48,345 nucleotides of DNA from NCBI GenBank assembly GCA_038087875.1, contig JAXLNO010000601.1, positions 1 through 48,345 of the forward strand, in the 5' to 3' direction. The notes under the pieces are model-generated. The model did no database searches. It saw only the letters and a program-made list of their open reading frames with translations, and was not told where the DNA came from. Below are positions 25,325 to 37,780 of this stretch, piece by piece. Both the position numbers and the translations under genes were made by a program. Origin of the DNA: Malacoraja senta. Lineage: Eukaryota. Positions within the stretch are counted from its first letter, which is position 1. Every line of letters begins with the position of its first letter.

Positions 25325-26250
25325 TCCATGTTTCTATGGGAAAAAGATGGGTGTATTGCTCTATTAATCAGGGAAAACTATCTTGTTGGCACTCAGAGTG
25401 GAGACGCTGGATGGTTTGTCCATTGAGGTGATATGGGTGAAAATAAGAAAGGTGCAAGCAATTCAACGTAATTGTATGAGACGTCCCCCAAGAGTGAGCA
25501 GGAAATAGAAGAACAGATGTGAACACAGATTACTGAAAGGTTACACAAATGATGTCTTGGGGGTGACTAATGGTATATTCAATAGGATGTTTTGTAACAG
25601 TTGTGAATAGTGCAACGTGAGAAAGGAATCCAAAATGGACCTTGTGTTGGGAAATGAGTCTGGCCAAGTGACTGATGGTTTAGTGAAAGAGTATTTTGGA
25701 GACAGTGAATACAACTCCATAAGTTTTAAAATTGATTTGAATAGGGATAAGTTTGGACTGTGCGACAAGACTTTAATTTGAGTAAGGCAAATGACACCAT
25801 TATTAGGCAGGAGCTTGGGTAAGGTACACTCAGAGCAGTTGTTATTAAGTTACTCCAAGTCTGAGATTGACAATTGTCTGAAGGTCAGTTGATCCAAACT
25901 CAAGACCGGCAAGTTCCAGTAAGGAGGAGAGATAAGACTGAAAAAGTAAGGGTACCTGAGATGATCAAATAAATGTGTAAATTTGGTCAAAAATAGAAAG
26001 GAAACACATGCAAGGTTCAAGAATATCATAGCAGAGAGGGCCATTGAGGAATATAAAGCAAGGAGGAAAGAACTCAAGCGGGCGATTAGAAGGGAGAAAA
26101 TAGGCCACAAAATGGCTGTGGCGATTTGGAGTAAAGAAAGTTCCAAGGCTTCTTATACTTACATTAAAATCAAGACGGTAGACAAGGAGAAGGTAAACAA
26201 GGATAAATGAAGGAAACTGAAACTGGAGTTAGGGGATGTTGGTGAGGTAT
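25325..26250 (+). mobile_element. Old CR1 endonuclease/linker fragment
   Basis: Decayed DLVLGNE...GDS.YN and ELKRAIRR segments homologous to the CR1 region at 28800-29550. Confidence 0.55.
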
Positions 26251-26289
26251 CAGATAACTCCAGGGTTGAGAGGAGCAAGGGAAAAGGTA

Positions 26290-26500
26290 AATAAATGAAA
26301 TAAAATAAAATATGTCAGTATAAAGGTGGGGTGGATTGTTTGTGGATTTGTTGCCTGAAAGTCAAGAATTCAATGTTCATACCATTAAGTTGTCAAATAC
26401 CCAAGAGAAATATGAAGTGAGATTTCTTCAGTTTGCATGTGGCCTCACTGGCAATGGAGGAGGCCAAGGACAGAAAGATCAGCATGGGAATGGGAGTTAA
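26290..26500 (-). mobile_element. Penelope 3' fragment
   Basis: Reverse complement resembles 37260-37415 (end of the GIY-YIG region). Confidence 0.55.
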
Positions 26501-26929
26501 AATGGTTTATTTGTTTAGAGAGAGATTTCAGCGAATTAAAGCACTGTGAGTCACATGACAACAGTAGGAAACAATTGGAAAATATTCTTTGGGATACATA
26601 GATACATAGATACATAGAAAATAGGTGCAGGAGTAGACCATTCGGCCCTTCGAGCCTGCACCGCCATTCAATATGATCATGGCTGATTATCCAACTCAGT
26701 ATCCCGTACCTGCCTTCTCTCCATACCCCCTGATCCCTTTAGCCACAAGGGCCATATCTAACTCCCTCTTAAATATAGCCAATGAACTGGCCTCCACTAC
26801 CCTCTGTGGCAGAGAGTTCCAGAGATTCACCACTCTCTGTATGAAAAAGTTTTTCTCATCTCGGTCTTAAAGGATTTCCCCGTTATCGTTAAGCTGTGAC
26901 CCCTTGTCCTGGACTTCCCCAACATCAGG

Positions 26930-27250
26930 TTAAAGAAGGAACTGCAGATGCTGGAAAATCGAAGGTACATAAAAAATGCTGGAGAAACTCAGCGGGTGCA
27001 GCAGCATCTATGGTGCGAAGGGAAACAGGCAACGTTTCGGGCCGAAAACCCTTCTTCAGACTGATAGGGGGTGGGAGAAGAAAGGAAAAAAGGCGGAGGA
27101 GGAGCCCGAGGGCTGGGGGAGGGGAGGAGACAACCAGAGGGCTGATGAAGGGGAGGGGACAGCAAGGGCTAGCAGAATTGGGAAATTCAAAGTTCAAGCC
27201 CCCAGGATGTAGACTGCCCAAGCGGAATATGAGGTGCATTTCCTCCAATT
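26930..27250 (-). mobile_element. Penelope 3' end (pLTR) inserted into CR1
   Basis: CR1 sequence CCCCAACATCAGG|AACAATC is interrupted; insert encodes LEEMHLIFRLGSLHPGGLN like 37335-37400. Confidence 0.85.
27026..27063 (-). ncRNA. Minimal hammerhead ribozyme-like motif in a Penelope terminus
   Basis: Minus strand reads CAGT-CTGAAGA-A-GGG TTTTCGG CCC-GAAA-CGTT-GCCTG: CUGANGA box, stem II, GAAA box, palindromic AACGTT stem III. Confidence 0.65.
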
Positions 27251-30003
27251 TCAGGAACAATCTTCCTGCATCTAGCCTGTCCAACCCCATAAGAATTTTG
27301 TACGTTTCTATAAGATCCCCTCTCAATCTCCTAAATTCTAGCGAGTATAAGCCAAGTCTATCCAGTCTTTCTTCATATGAAAGTCATGACATCCCAGGAA
27401 TCAGTCTGGTGAACCTTCTCTGCACTCCCTCTATGGCTATAATGTCCTTCCTCAGATTTGGAGACCAAAACTGTACGCAATACTCCAGGTGTGGTCTCAC
27501 CAAGACCCTGTACAACTGCAGTAGAACCTCCCTGCTCCTATACTCAAATCCTCTTGCTATGAAGGCCAACATACCATTCGCTTTCTTCACTGCCTGCTGC
27601 ACCTGCATGCCTACTTTCAATGACTGGTGTACCATGACACCCAGGTCTCGCTGCATCTCCCCATTTCCTAATCGGCCACCATTTAGTTAATAGTCTGCCT
27701 TCCCGTTTTTGCCACCAAAGTGGATAACCTCCCATTTATCCACATTATACTGCATCTGCCAAACATTTGCCCACTCACCCAGCCTATCCAAGTCACCTTG
27801 CAGTCTCCTAGCATCCTCCTCACAGCTAACACTGCCCCCCAGCTTAGTGTCATCCGCAAACGTGGAGATGTTGCTTTAAATTCCCTCGTCCATATCATTA
27901 ATATAAATTGTAAATAGCTGGTGTCCCAGCACTGAGCCTTGCGGTACCCCACTAGTCACTGCCTGCCATTGTGAAAAGGACCCGTTTTCTCCTACTCTTT
28001 GCTTCCTGTTTGCCAGCCAGTTCTCTATCCACATAAATACTGAACCCCCAATACCGTGTGATTTAAGTTTGTATCCTAATCTCTTATGTGGTACCTTGTC
28101 GAAAGACTTCTGAAAGTCCAGATACAACACATCCACTGGTTCTCCCCAATCCACTCTACTAGTTACATCCTCGAAAAATTCTATAAGATTCGTCAGACAC
28201 GATTTACCTTTCGTAAATCCATGCTGACTTTGTCCAATGATTTCACCATTTTACAAATGTGCTGCTATCCCATCTTTAATAACTGACTCTAGCAGTTTCC
28301 CCACTACCGATGTTAGACTAACTGGTCTGTAATTCCCCGTTTTCTCTCTCCCTCCCTTCTTAAAAAGTGGGGTTACGTTTGCTACCCTCCAATCCTCAGG
28401 AACTACTCCAGAATCTAAAGAGTTTTGAAAAATTATCACTAATGCATCCACTATTTCTGGAGCTACTTCCTTAAGTACTCTGGGATGCAGCCTATCTGGC
28501 CCTGGTGATTTATCGGCCTTTAATCCATTCAATTTACCTAACACCACTTCCCGACTAACCTGGATTTCACTCAGTTCCTCCATCTCCTTTGACCCGCGGC
28601 CCCCTGCTATTTCCGGCAGATTATTTATGTCTTCCTTAGTGAAGACGGAACCAAAGTAGTTATTCAATTGATCCGCCATATCCTTGTTCCCCATGATCAA
28701 TTCACCTGTTTCTGACTGCAAGGGACCTACATTTGTTTTAACTAATCTCTTTCTCTTCACATATCTATAAAAACTTTTGCAGTCAGTTTTTATGATCCCT
28801 GCCAGTTTCCTTTCATAATCTATTTTCCCTTTCCTAATTAAGCCCTTTGTCCTCCTCTGCTGGTCTCTGAATTTCTCCCAGTCGCTGCTTTTTTCTGGCT
28901 AATTTGTACGCATCATCTTTTGCTTTGATACTATCCCTGATTTCCCTTGTTATCCATGGATGCACTACCTTCCCTGATTTATTCTTTTGCCAAACTGGGA
29001 TGAACAATTTTTGTAGTTCATCCATGCAGTCTTTAAATGCCTTCCATTGCATATCCACCGTCAACCCTTTTAGAACTAATTGCCAGTCAATCTTGGCCAA
29101 TTCACGTCTCATACCCTCAAAGTTACCTTTCTTTAAGTTCAGAACCGTTGTTTCTGAATTAACAATGTCACTCTCCATCCTAATGAAGAACTCAACCATA
29201 TTATGGTCACTCTTGCCCAAGGGGGCACGCACAACAAGTCTGCTAACTAACCCTTCCTCATTACTCAATACCCAGTCTAGAATAGCCTGCTCTCTCGTTG
29301 GTTCCTCTTCATGTTGGTTTAGATAACTATCCCTCATACATTCCAAGAAATCCTCTTCCTCAGCACCCCTGCCAATTTGATTCACCCAATCTATATGTAG
29401 ATTGAAGTCACCCATTATAACTGTTTTGCCTTTGTTGCACGCATTTGTAATTTCCTGTTTGATGCCATCCCCAACTTCACTTCTACTGCTAGGTGGCCTG
29501 TACACAACACCCCTTAGTGCCCCTTAGTGTTTCGCAGCTCTACCCATACCGATTCCACATCCTCCAAGCTAATGTCCTTCCTTTCCACTGCGTTAATCTC
29601 CTCTCTAACCAGCAACGCTACCCCACCTCCTTTTCCTTTCTCTCTATCCCTCCTGAATATTGAAAATCCCTGGATGTTCAGCTCCCAGCCTTGGTCACCC
29701 TGGAGCCATGTCTCCGTGATCCCAACTATATCATAATCATTAATTGCTATCTGCACGTTCAACTCATCCACCTTATTACGAATGCTCCTTGCATTGAGAC
29801 ACAAAGCCTTCAGGCTTGTTTTTACAACGCTCTTACCCCTTATACAATTATGTTGAAAAGTGGCTCTTTTTGATTTTTGCCGTGGATTTGTCTGCCTGCC
29901 ACTTTTACTTTTCACCTTGCTACCTATTGCTTCCGCCCGCATTTTACACCCTTCTGTTTCTCTGCTCACCCATTTAAGAACCCCACCACCTCTTATGCTC
30001 TGT

Positions 30004-30342
30004 TTATTATTGTTTTCTTCTTTTTCCCCTACATGTTTATTTTTATTTTTTATTTTATATAGCGCTTTTCAGGACTCAAAGTCGCTTTACAATTGAGAGT
30101 CAGGAATAAACAAAACAAAATAGAGCAGTAAGACAGAGGGGAGGGGAACATGGGACTAAGGGTATGCAGATGTGAAGAGATGGGTCTTGAGGCGGGACTG
30201 GAAGATGGTGAGGGACTCAGAATTTCGGACCGGTTGTGGGAGGGAATTCCAGAGCCTGGGAGCTGCCCTGGAGAAGGCTCTGCCTCCAAAAGTGCAGAGG
30301 TTTGAATTCGGAGTGGAGAGGAGACCAGCTGATGTGGATCTG
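30004..30342 (-). mobile_element. L2 3' fragment nested in CR1
   Basis: Near-identical reverse complement of 44825-45125. Confidence 0.92.
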
Positions 30343-31099
30343 CCTCCTGCCTCACACACTGTCTAATAGCATTCTCTATTTGAGTCCCTCCCCCGAACCA
30401 TTCGAGTTTAAAGTCTCCCCAGTAGCCTTTGCAGATCTCCCCGCCAGGATATCGGTCCCCCTCAGGTTCAAGTGCAAACCATCCTTTTTGTACAGGTCGA
30501 ACCTTCCACAAAAGAGGTCCCAATGAACCAGAAATTTGAATCCCTGCCTTCTGCACCAGTCCTTCAGCCACGCATTTATCCTCATCCTCGCTCCATTCCT
30601 ACTCTCACTGTCGCGTGGCACAGGCAGTAAACCCGAGATTGTTACCTTTGCTGTCCTTCTCTTTAACTCCCCTCCTAACTCCCTTACATCTCCTTGAAAG
30701 ATCCCCCTACTGTGTTAAAATCTATGTCGGCCCGTCATTGACTTTTCCACGCTGGGAAAATAGCCCTGAATCATTCCAAGCCGAGAGCAACCCGGCGGGG
30801 GGCAGCCGAGAGAGAACGAAGGGGGACCCGGCGCGGGGGCGCCTGCTGCCTGGTGCGGCGGGGCCTGGTTCGCCGCTGCGGGGAAATATAGACTGTTCCA
30901 TGAACTTCCCGCAACCTAGTCGGCGCCAGAATCGTGGCCACTCTCTCTGTACCGCCCAGGTGAGGTCTGTATTTTACCGGATTGCATGATGCAAAAACAA
31001 AGCATTTCACCGTGCCTAGGTACATGTGACAATAGCGTGTAATTGAATCATTGAGTTGAATTCAAGTTTGGCCATGAGACTATTAAATAGAATGATAGT

Positions 31100-31228
31100 G
31101 TGTAGAAAGGGACTGCAGAAGCTGGTTTAAATCGAAGACAGACTCAAAATGCTGGACACGCTGAGTTAATCCAGCACTCTGTGCCTTTTTGTTGTGAAGC
31201 AGCATCTGCAGTTCCATGTTTCTGTATC
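31100..31228. mobile_element. Penelope pLTR-derived palindromic element
   Basis: GGGACTGCAGAAGCTG ... CAGCATCTGCAGTTCC inverted ends. Confidence 0.6.
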
Positions 31229-31342
31229 TTCACACTGAACACTTGCAGACGAATTACATTCATTCCCCGAGACGGCAGCGCGCGCAGTGTCAGCAGTTCA
31301 GCGAATGGGAATGCGTTTTGAACCAGGAAGTGGAGGATTAAA

Positions 31343-34300
31343 ATGGCTTCGAAAGACCAGGTCGAGAGTTTAACGGAGGAGGTAGTTTGTCCCATCTGCC
31401 TGGATTTCTTCACCGATCCGGTGTCACTGGAGTGTGGGCACAACTTCTGCCGCTCCTGCATCACACAGAGTTGGGACAGGGAGGGGAGAAACTCCTGCCC
31501 GGAATGTAGAGAGGAGTTTACAGACCGCACCCTCAGGGTGAATCGGGCCTTGGCGAGACTGTCTGAGAAAGTTCGAACACTGAGCCTGAATCGGACAGAG
31601 AAGGAAAGTAAACTTCAGTGCGAGGAACATCAGGAAGAACTGAAGCTGTTTTGTCAAACTGACAAGAAGCTGATCTGTGTGATTTGTGCAGCTGGGCGGG
31701 ATCACAGAGATCACCGTTTCATGCCGGTTAAAGAAGCTGTTGAAACCTACAAGGTAAAAGCAAACCGATTTTGATCGCATCATTGTTTAATTCCATCTTT
31801 ATAATCTAACACTTTTATTCTCTGATTTTCAATCCCAATCCCAGGATCAGGTGAAATCTTCCATCCAGTCTCTCACAAAAAAGAAATCTGGGATCCAGCG
31901 AATGGAGCAGCAACAGAAACAGAAGATTTCTGGAGTTCTGGTGAGGCTTTCTAGTTTTGATTTCCTGATCTTGTGTAGATTTGATCCCTGTGATGCGAGT
32001 AATAATAGGGCAGCGTAGTGACACAAGTAGTGCCGCTGTCTCCTAGTTCTGGTGAGCGGGTTCGATCCTGACCTCGGGTGCTGCCCGTGTGGTTCACGCC
32101 TTCTCCTCGTGACCGCGTCGGATTCCTTCCACGTCCCCAATACACTCTGGTTCATGGTCAATCGGTGACTGTAAATTATCCCTGGGAAAGTGGGTGGTGG
32201 ACGGATAAATGGGAATTAATGGACACGTGAAAAGGAATTGGCAGCAGGGAATTGTATTGGGGTAGAGGATTGATGGGTTCTAAGATTACCATCACGATAC
32301 TTCAATCGACAATAGACATTAGTTGCGCGAGTAGGCCATTCGGCCCTTTGAGCCAGCACCGCCATTCAATGTGATCATGGCTGATCACCTCCAAACAGTA
32401 CCCCGTTCCTGCCTTCTCCTCATATCCCCTGACTCCGCTATTTTAAGAGCCCTACCTAGCTCTCTTGAAAGCATCCAGAGAACCGGCCTCCACCGCCCTC
32501 TGAGTCAGAGAATTTGACAGACTCACCACTCACCACTCTCACCCACGTCTCCGTTTTAATGGGCTTACTCCTTATTCTTAAACTGTGGCCCCTGGTTCTG
32601 GAAATTTCAGAAGCATTTAGATAAAGAATTGAATTGCCAAAGCAAATAAAAAATGCACAGGACAAATGTCACGGTCAAAGTCGTGATGAAACAAAATCAG
32701 TGACATTATATATTGATCTTCACCTTTCATTTCACAGGAAGAGTCACACAACCTTCAGTCCAAGATCACATCCCAGTTTGCCGAACAGCACCAGATTCTC
32801 ATTGAGAAAGAGCAGCGCGCACTGGCAGATATCCGAGCGGAAGAGAAGAAGATTCTAAATACAATGGAGAAAAATCTTGGAGAGATTCAAGAGAATTTAA
32901 AATCTATTCAGGAGGAACTTTTAAAGTTGCAACAACAGATGGATCAAAAAGACAGTGTGGTGTTTCTGAAGGTGAGGTGTTACACTGCAGCTTGGTGAAG
33001 TGAAAGTGCAGTCACAAAATGGTGGGTGACATTTCAGAAATAAATGCTGCATTTATCAGCAATTCAGAACTGGGTAAATCTGTTCCAGCTGTTGTTCACA
33101 AACTAATTGGCCTCCCGTATAATCTATGGGATCTCAAGACTGCCTGGCCGGAATGTTGAGAGGTGTTTGTATTCAGTAGCGTTTAGAACAATGATGGGTG
33201 ATCCTATATCTGATCTCAAGGACCACGAATGGACAGAGGACAGTGAATATCTGGGAGTCTCCAACCAAGAGACTCTGAGAGGTTTAACATGTTAGACCTA
33301 TTTAAACCAGAGGAAGATACATTTTAGAAAATTTGGGGATTGTAATCAAAGGGAATGGGGCAAAGAGGAGGAGTTCAGTCCTGGGCTAGATCAGCCATGG
33401 CCACATTATGGGGATTAACATAGTAATCTAGAACGTGGCGCACACATCAGATTGATCATCTATATCCGGTTCCCATCAGCAGTGGGTGGTCACCTTGAGG
33501 GAATTTGCTCTGTTTGTATTGTCCACCTTGTTTCACCATAGAATGACATCACATTCTACATCATAGACAGGCCATTCGGCCCATCCTATCAGGTCAAGTT
33601 TTCTGCTCCACTCATCATCCCTCCCATCTACTCTCCACACCCGGTAACAATACCCCGAATTCCAGGAGCCCTAATGTGTGTATCCCGCTTGTCCTTAAAT
33701 TTATCTCAGCTGTTGGCTTCAGTCCCTTGTATGCAAGTGAGGATATAGAAACATAGAAAATAGGTGCAGTAGGAGGACATTCGGTCCTTTGAGCCAGCAC
33801 CTCCATTCATTGTCATCATGGCTGATTGTCCACAATCAATAACATGTGCCTGCCTTCTCCCCATATCCCTTGACTCCACTAGCCCCTAGAGCTCTATCTA
33901 ACTCTTTCTTAAATCCATCCAGTGACTTGGCCTCCACTGTCCTCTGTGGCAGGGAATTCCACAAATTCACAACTCTCTGGGTGAAAGTTTTTTCTCACCT
34001 TAGTCTTAAATGGCTTCCCCTTTATTCTAAGACTGTGGCCCCCTGGTTCTGAACTCGCCCAACATTGGGAACATTTTTCCTACATCTAGCTTGTCCAGTC
34101 CTTTTATAATTTTATATGTTTCTATATGATCCCTCCTCATATTTCTAAACTCCAGTGAATACAAGCCTAGTCTTTTCAATCTTTCCTCATATGACAGCCC
34201 CACCATCCCAGGGATCAATCTCGTGAACCTACGCTGCACTGCCTCAATCACAAGGATGTCGTTCCTCAAATTAGGAGACCAAAACTGAACACAATACTCC

Positions 34301-37300
34301 AGTTGTGGCCTCATGGTCCATGTATTCATGACTGCATTCCTTTCAGTATTTACTGAAGACCACATTACATTTCAGCTTTATTTATTGGTCTCCCTTTCGA
34401 TTTGAGATATTATTTCATCCCCACCCATTTAAATCCACCGATAATATTAAATTCTGTCTCATCATTCCTGACATCTTCTCCAGATGAAATCCCACGACCT
34501 GCCCAGTCTTTTCATTACGTTCCATCCTCTCAGTTAAGGCGTCATTCTCACGAACATTCCTTGTGTTTTCCCCCATCGTTCTACATCTCTGCGGCAATAT
34601 CCGCTTTCTGTCTGCATGACAGTGGCGATAAGAGTTGGGAAATGGGAATTATCAGAGGGTTACAGAAATTTGGTGAAATACCCGCTGTCGGGATGAGGAT
34701 GGTCCATCTCAATCAATTGAGATTTGTGTTTTATTTCTTTCAGGAGGAAGCTGGGCGCAAGCGAAGGTAGGACATTGTCTTGATGGAAATATTGTATGTT
34801 TTTGTGGAACAAACCAAAACATTTCAAGATGGCGGACTGCAGGAGTGGGGCACTGTTGTGTATGGCTGGTCTCCCTGCAGTCCGTCCTTTCACCCTTTTT
34901 TAGTTTTATTTTTAGTCCTGTCAAAAAACAAATGTTAGTTGGAGGTCTTCTGTTATGTGGTGGGTGGGGGAGGGGAAGGGGGAAACTTTATTTCTTAGTC
35001 CCCTACCTGGTCGGAAAGGCTGCTTCCCTCCGAGCTGCTTCTTTGCCCCTTCTTCGCGGCCTACCATCAGACTGGAGCGGCGTTTCCTGTCGGGACCGGC
35101 CGGAACCCCAGCTTCGGCGGTGGCACAGCGCTGGGACACCATCACGGAGCGGGCGATGCCTTGCCGGGTCGCCGTGCGGTGGGCACCGGAGTGCGGTGAC
35201 CGCCGACTCCAACATCCGAGGAGCTGTGGCTGCGGGCGTACAACCGCGGGCGGGCGGCGCTGGATTTAAAACACTGCAGAGCCTGGGATCAGAGATCGCC
35301 AGAGTCAGAGCTCCAACCAGCCTGAGGACTTCGGGAGCCGCGGTCTCCGGGGAGGAACGGCAGCTCCAAACATTTTCCAAGCCACTGAGGAGTGTTTTAC
35401 CCGACGCCGGAGTTCCATCTTCCCGGCAAAGAGGGCCTGAAAACATCGGACTGGCTGCGGAGGCCACAAATAGGCCCCGACCTCGGGTGTTTCACAGAGG
35501 AAGAGGACGTAACTTTTTATTGCCTTTCCCTACAGTGGAAAATGTTGTTTCTGTTGTGGGGGGACGTTCATGATGAATTCTATAATGTGTTATGTCATTT
35601 TTCTGATTTTTAATTTTTCTATGGATGTACAGAAACATTATTGTTTCTTTTATTATTTATTTTATGTAAAGCACTTTGGTTTCAACGTGAGTTGATTTAA
35701 ACGTGCTATATCAATAAAATTTACTTACTTACTTACTAATGCTCAGTTTATAACCAGCTATTAAATATTTCCAGGGTTTGTGATGAAGCCAAACCACTAT
35801 CGGTGGTCGATGAAGCCTTGACGATTGAAAAGTTCCATTGCTCTGTTTCGTTCAAAACCATATTCAAAGAAACATCTGATGACTTCAAGCGAGGTAAAGC
35901 TTATACCTTTTCCGTTATTCTTGTTTCTGACATCTTTATGCCGTACACCTGACACGTAACACCTTATAATTTCCCAGCCTCGCACAGCCCGGTTTGAACT
36001 ACCCCACAAAATCCATAAGCACAACTGCCCTGGCAGACCCGTTGTTTCTGCCTGCTCCTGTCCTACTGAAATGATTCCCACGTACGTCGACTCCATCCTA
36101 TCCCACCTGGTCCAATCCCTACCGACCTATGTCCAAGATACCTCACATGCCCTTCATCCCTTTAATGACCTGCTTTCAGAGCCCCCACCCCCTCATCTTT
36201 ACCATGGACGTTCAGTCACTCTACACCTCCATCTCCCACCAGGAAGGACTTAAAGCCCTCTGTTTCATCCTCGACCGCAGAACCATCCAATTTCCCTCTA
36301 CAACAACTACTCTGCCAAGCGGAGCTGGTTCTCACTCTTAATAACATCTTCGAATCCTCAAGTCCAAGGCCCTATCCCCGAACTCTATCTCCATTACATC
36401 AATGACTGCATCGGTGCTCCACCTGCACCCATGCAGAACTCATGCACTTCATCAACTTCACCACCAATTTCCATCCTGCAATCAAATTTACTTGGATCAT
36501 CACCAACACCTCCCTCCCCTTTCTTGATCTCACAGTCTCCATCACAGGAAATAGACTATCGATAGACGTCTTTACAAACCTACTGACTCCCACAACTAAC
36601 ATGACTACACTTCTCCCTACCCTGCTTCCTGCAAAGACTCTATCCCCTACTCCCAATTCCTCCATCTACACGGCATCTGCGCCAAAGATGAGTGGTTCCA
36701 TACCAGGACATCCGAGATGTCCTCATTCTTCAGGGAACGGGGGTTCCCCTCTCCCATTATAGATGAGGCCCACAATCGTGTATCCTCGGTACCTCGCAGT
36801 TCTGCCCTTGCTCCCCCTCCACCTACTCGTAACATAGACAGTCCCCCTTTCACCTGATCAGCCACCGCATACAACACCTAATCCTCCAAAATTCCAACGG
36901 CATCCCACCACTAGCCACATTTTCCCATCTCCATCCCTTTCCATCTTCCGCAGAGTCCTTGGGTAACTCATCCCTTCCCACCCAAACCACCCCCTCCCCA
37001 GCTACGTTCCCCTGCAACCGCAGAATATGCAACATCAGTCCTTATACCTCCTCCCTCAACTCGGTCCAGGAACCCCAACAGTCCTTTCAGGTTCGGCAGA
37101 GGTTCACTTGCACCTCCTCCAACCTCATCTACTGTATCCATTGTTCAAGATGTGGACTCTTATACATCGATGAGACCAAACGCTGACTGGGCGATCATTT
37201 CGCTGAATGCCTTCGCTCAGTCTGCCTGAACCTACCTGATCTCCCGGTGGCTAAAACTTTAATTCTCCTTCCCATTCCCACACAGACCTTTCTGTCCTAG

Positions 37301-37742
37301 GTCTCCTCCATTGTCAGAGTGAGGATGAATGCAAATTGGAGGATCAGCATCTCATAGTTTGCTTGGGCAGTTTACAGCCCAGTGGTATGAAATGTTGATT
37401 TCTCTAACTTCAGGTAGCCCCGGTATTCCCTCTCTCTCTTTCCCTCCCCACCCAAGTCACACTAGTTTCTCATTTTCACCTAACAAATAGCTAACAATGG
37501 CCTGTTTCATCTCATCGTTATTTTTTTTGCATATTCCATTCATTGTTCTTTATCTCTTTACATCATCGCCTATATCTCTTGTTTCCCTTATCCATAACCA
37601 GTCTAAAGAAGGGTCTTGAACTGAAACGTCACCCATTCCTTCTCTCCCGAGATGCTGCCTGTCCCGCTGAGTTGCACCAGCTTTTTGAGTCTACCTTTGG
37701 TTGAAACCAGCATCTGCAGTTCATTCCTATATAAATAAAATC

Positions 37743-37780
<38 letters not shown>

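Larger units (their letters stand above)
26592..30700 (-). mobile_element. Long CR1 (partial ORF1 esterase, APE endonuclease, RT) with nested insertions
   Basis: ORF1 DGLHL SGNH-like motif (30376-30621); CLNARSI, GITETWL, MGDFN and SDHN; SPGPD, NYRPVSLTS and GVPQGSVLG; (ATAGATAC)n tail; frameshifts. Confidence 0.93.

Noticed and set aside
26896..27690. 264-aa + strand ORF
   Set aside because: Chimeric antisense read-through of CR1 and the nested Penelope insert
34845..35573. 242-aa ORF and overlapping ORFs as a nested gene
   Set aside because: No domain, non-ATG start, long ORFs on both strands due to GC richness, and it lies inside a retroposon
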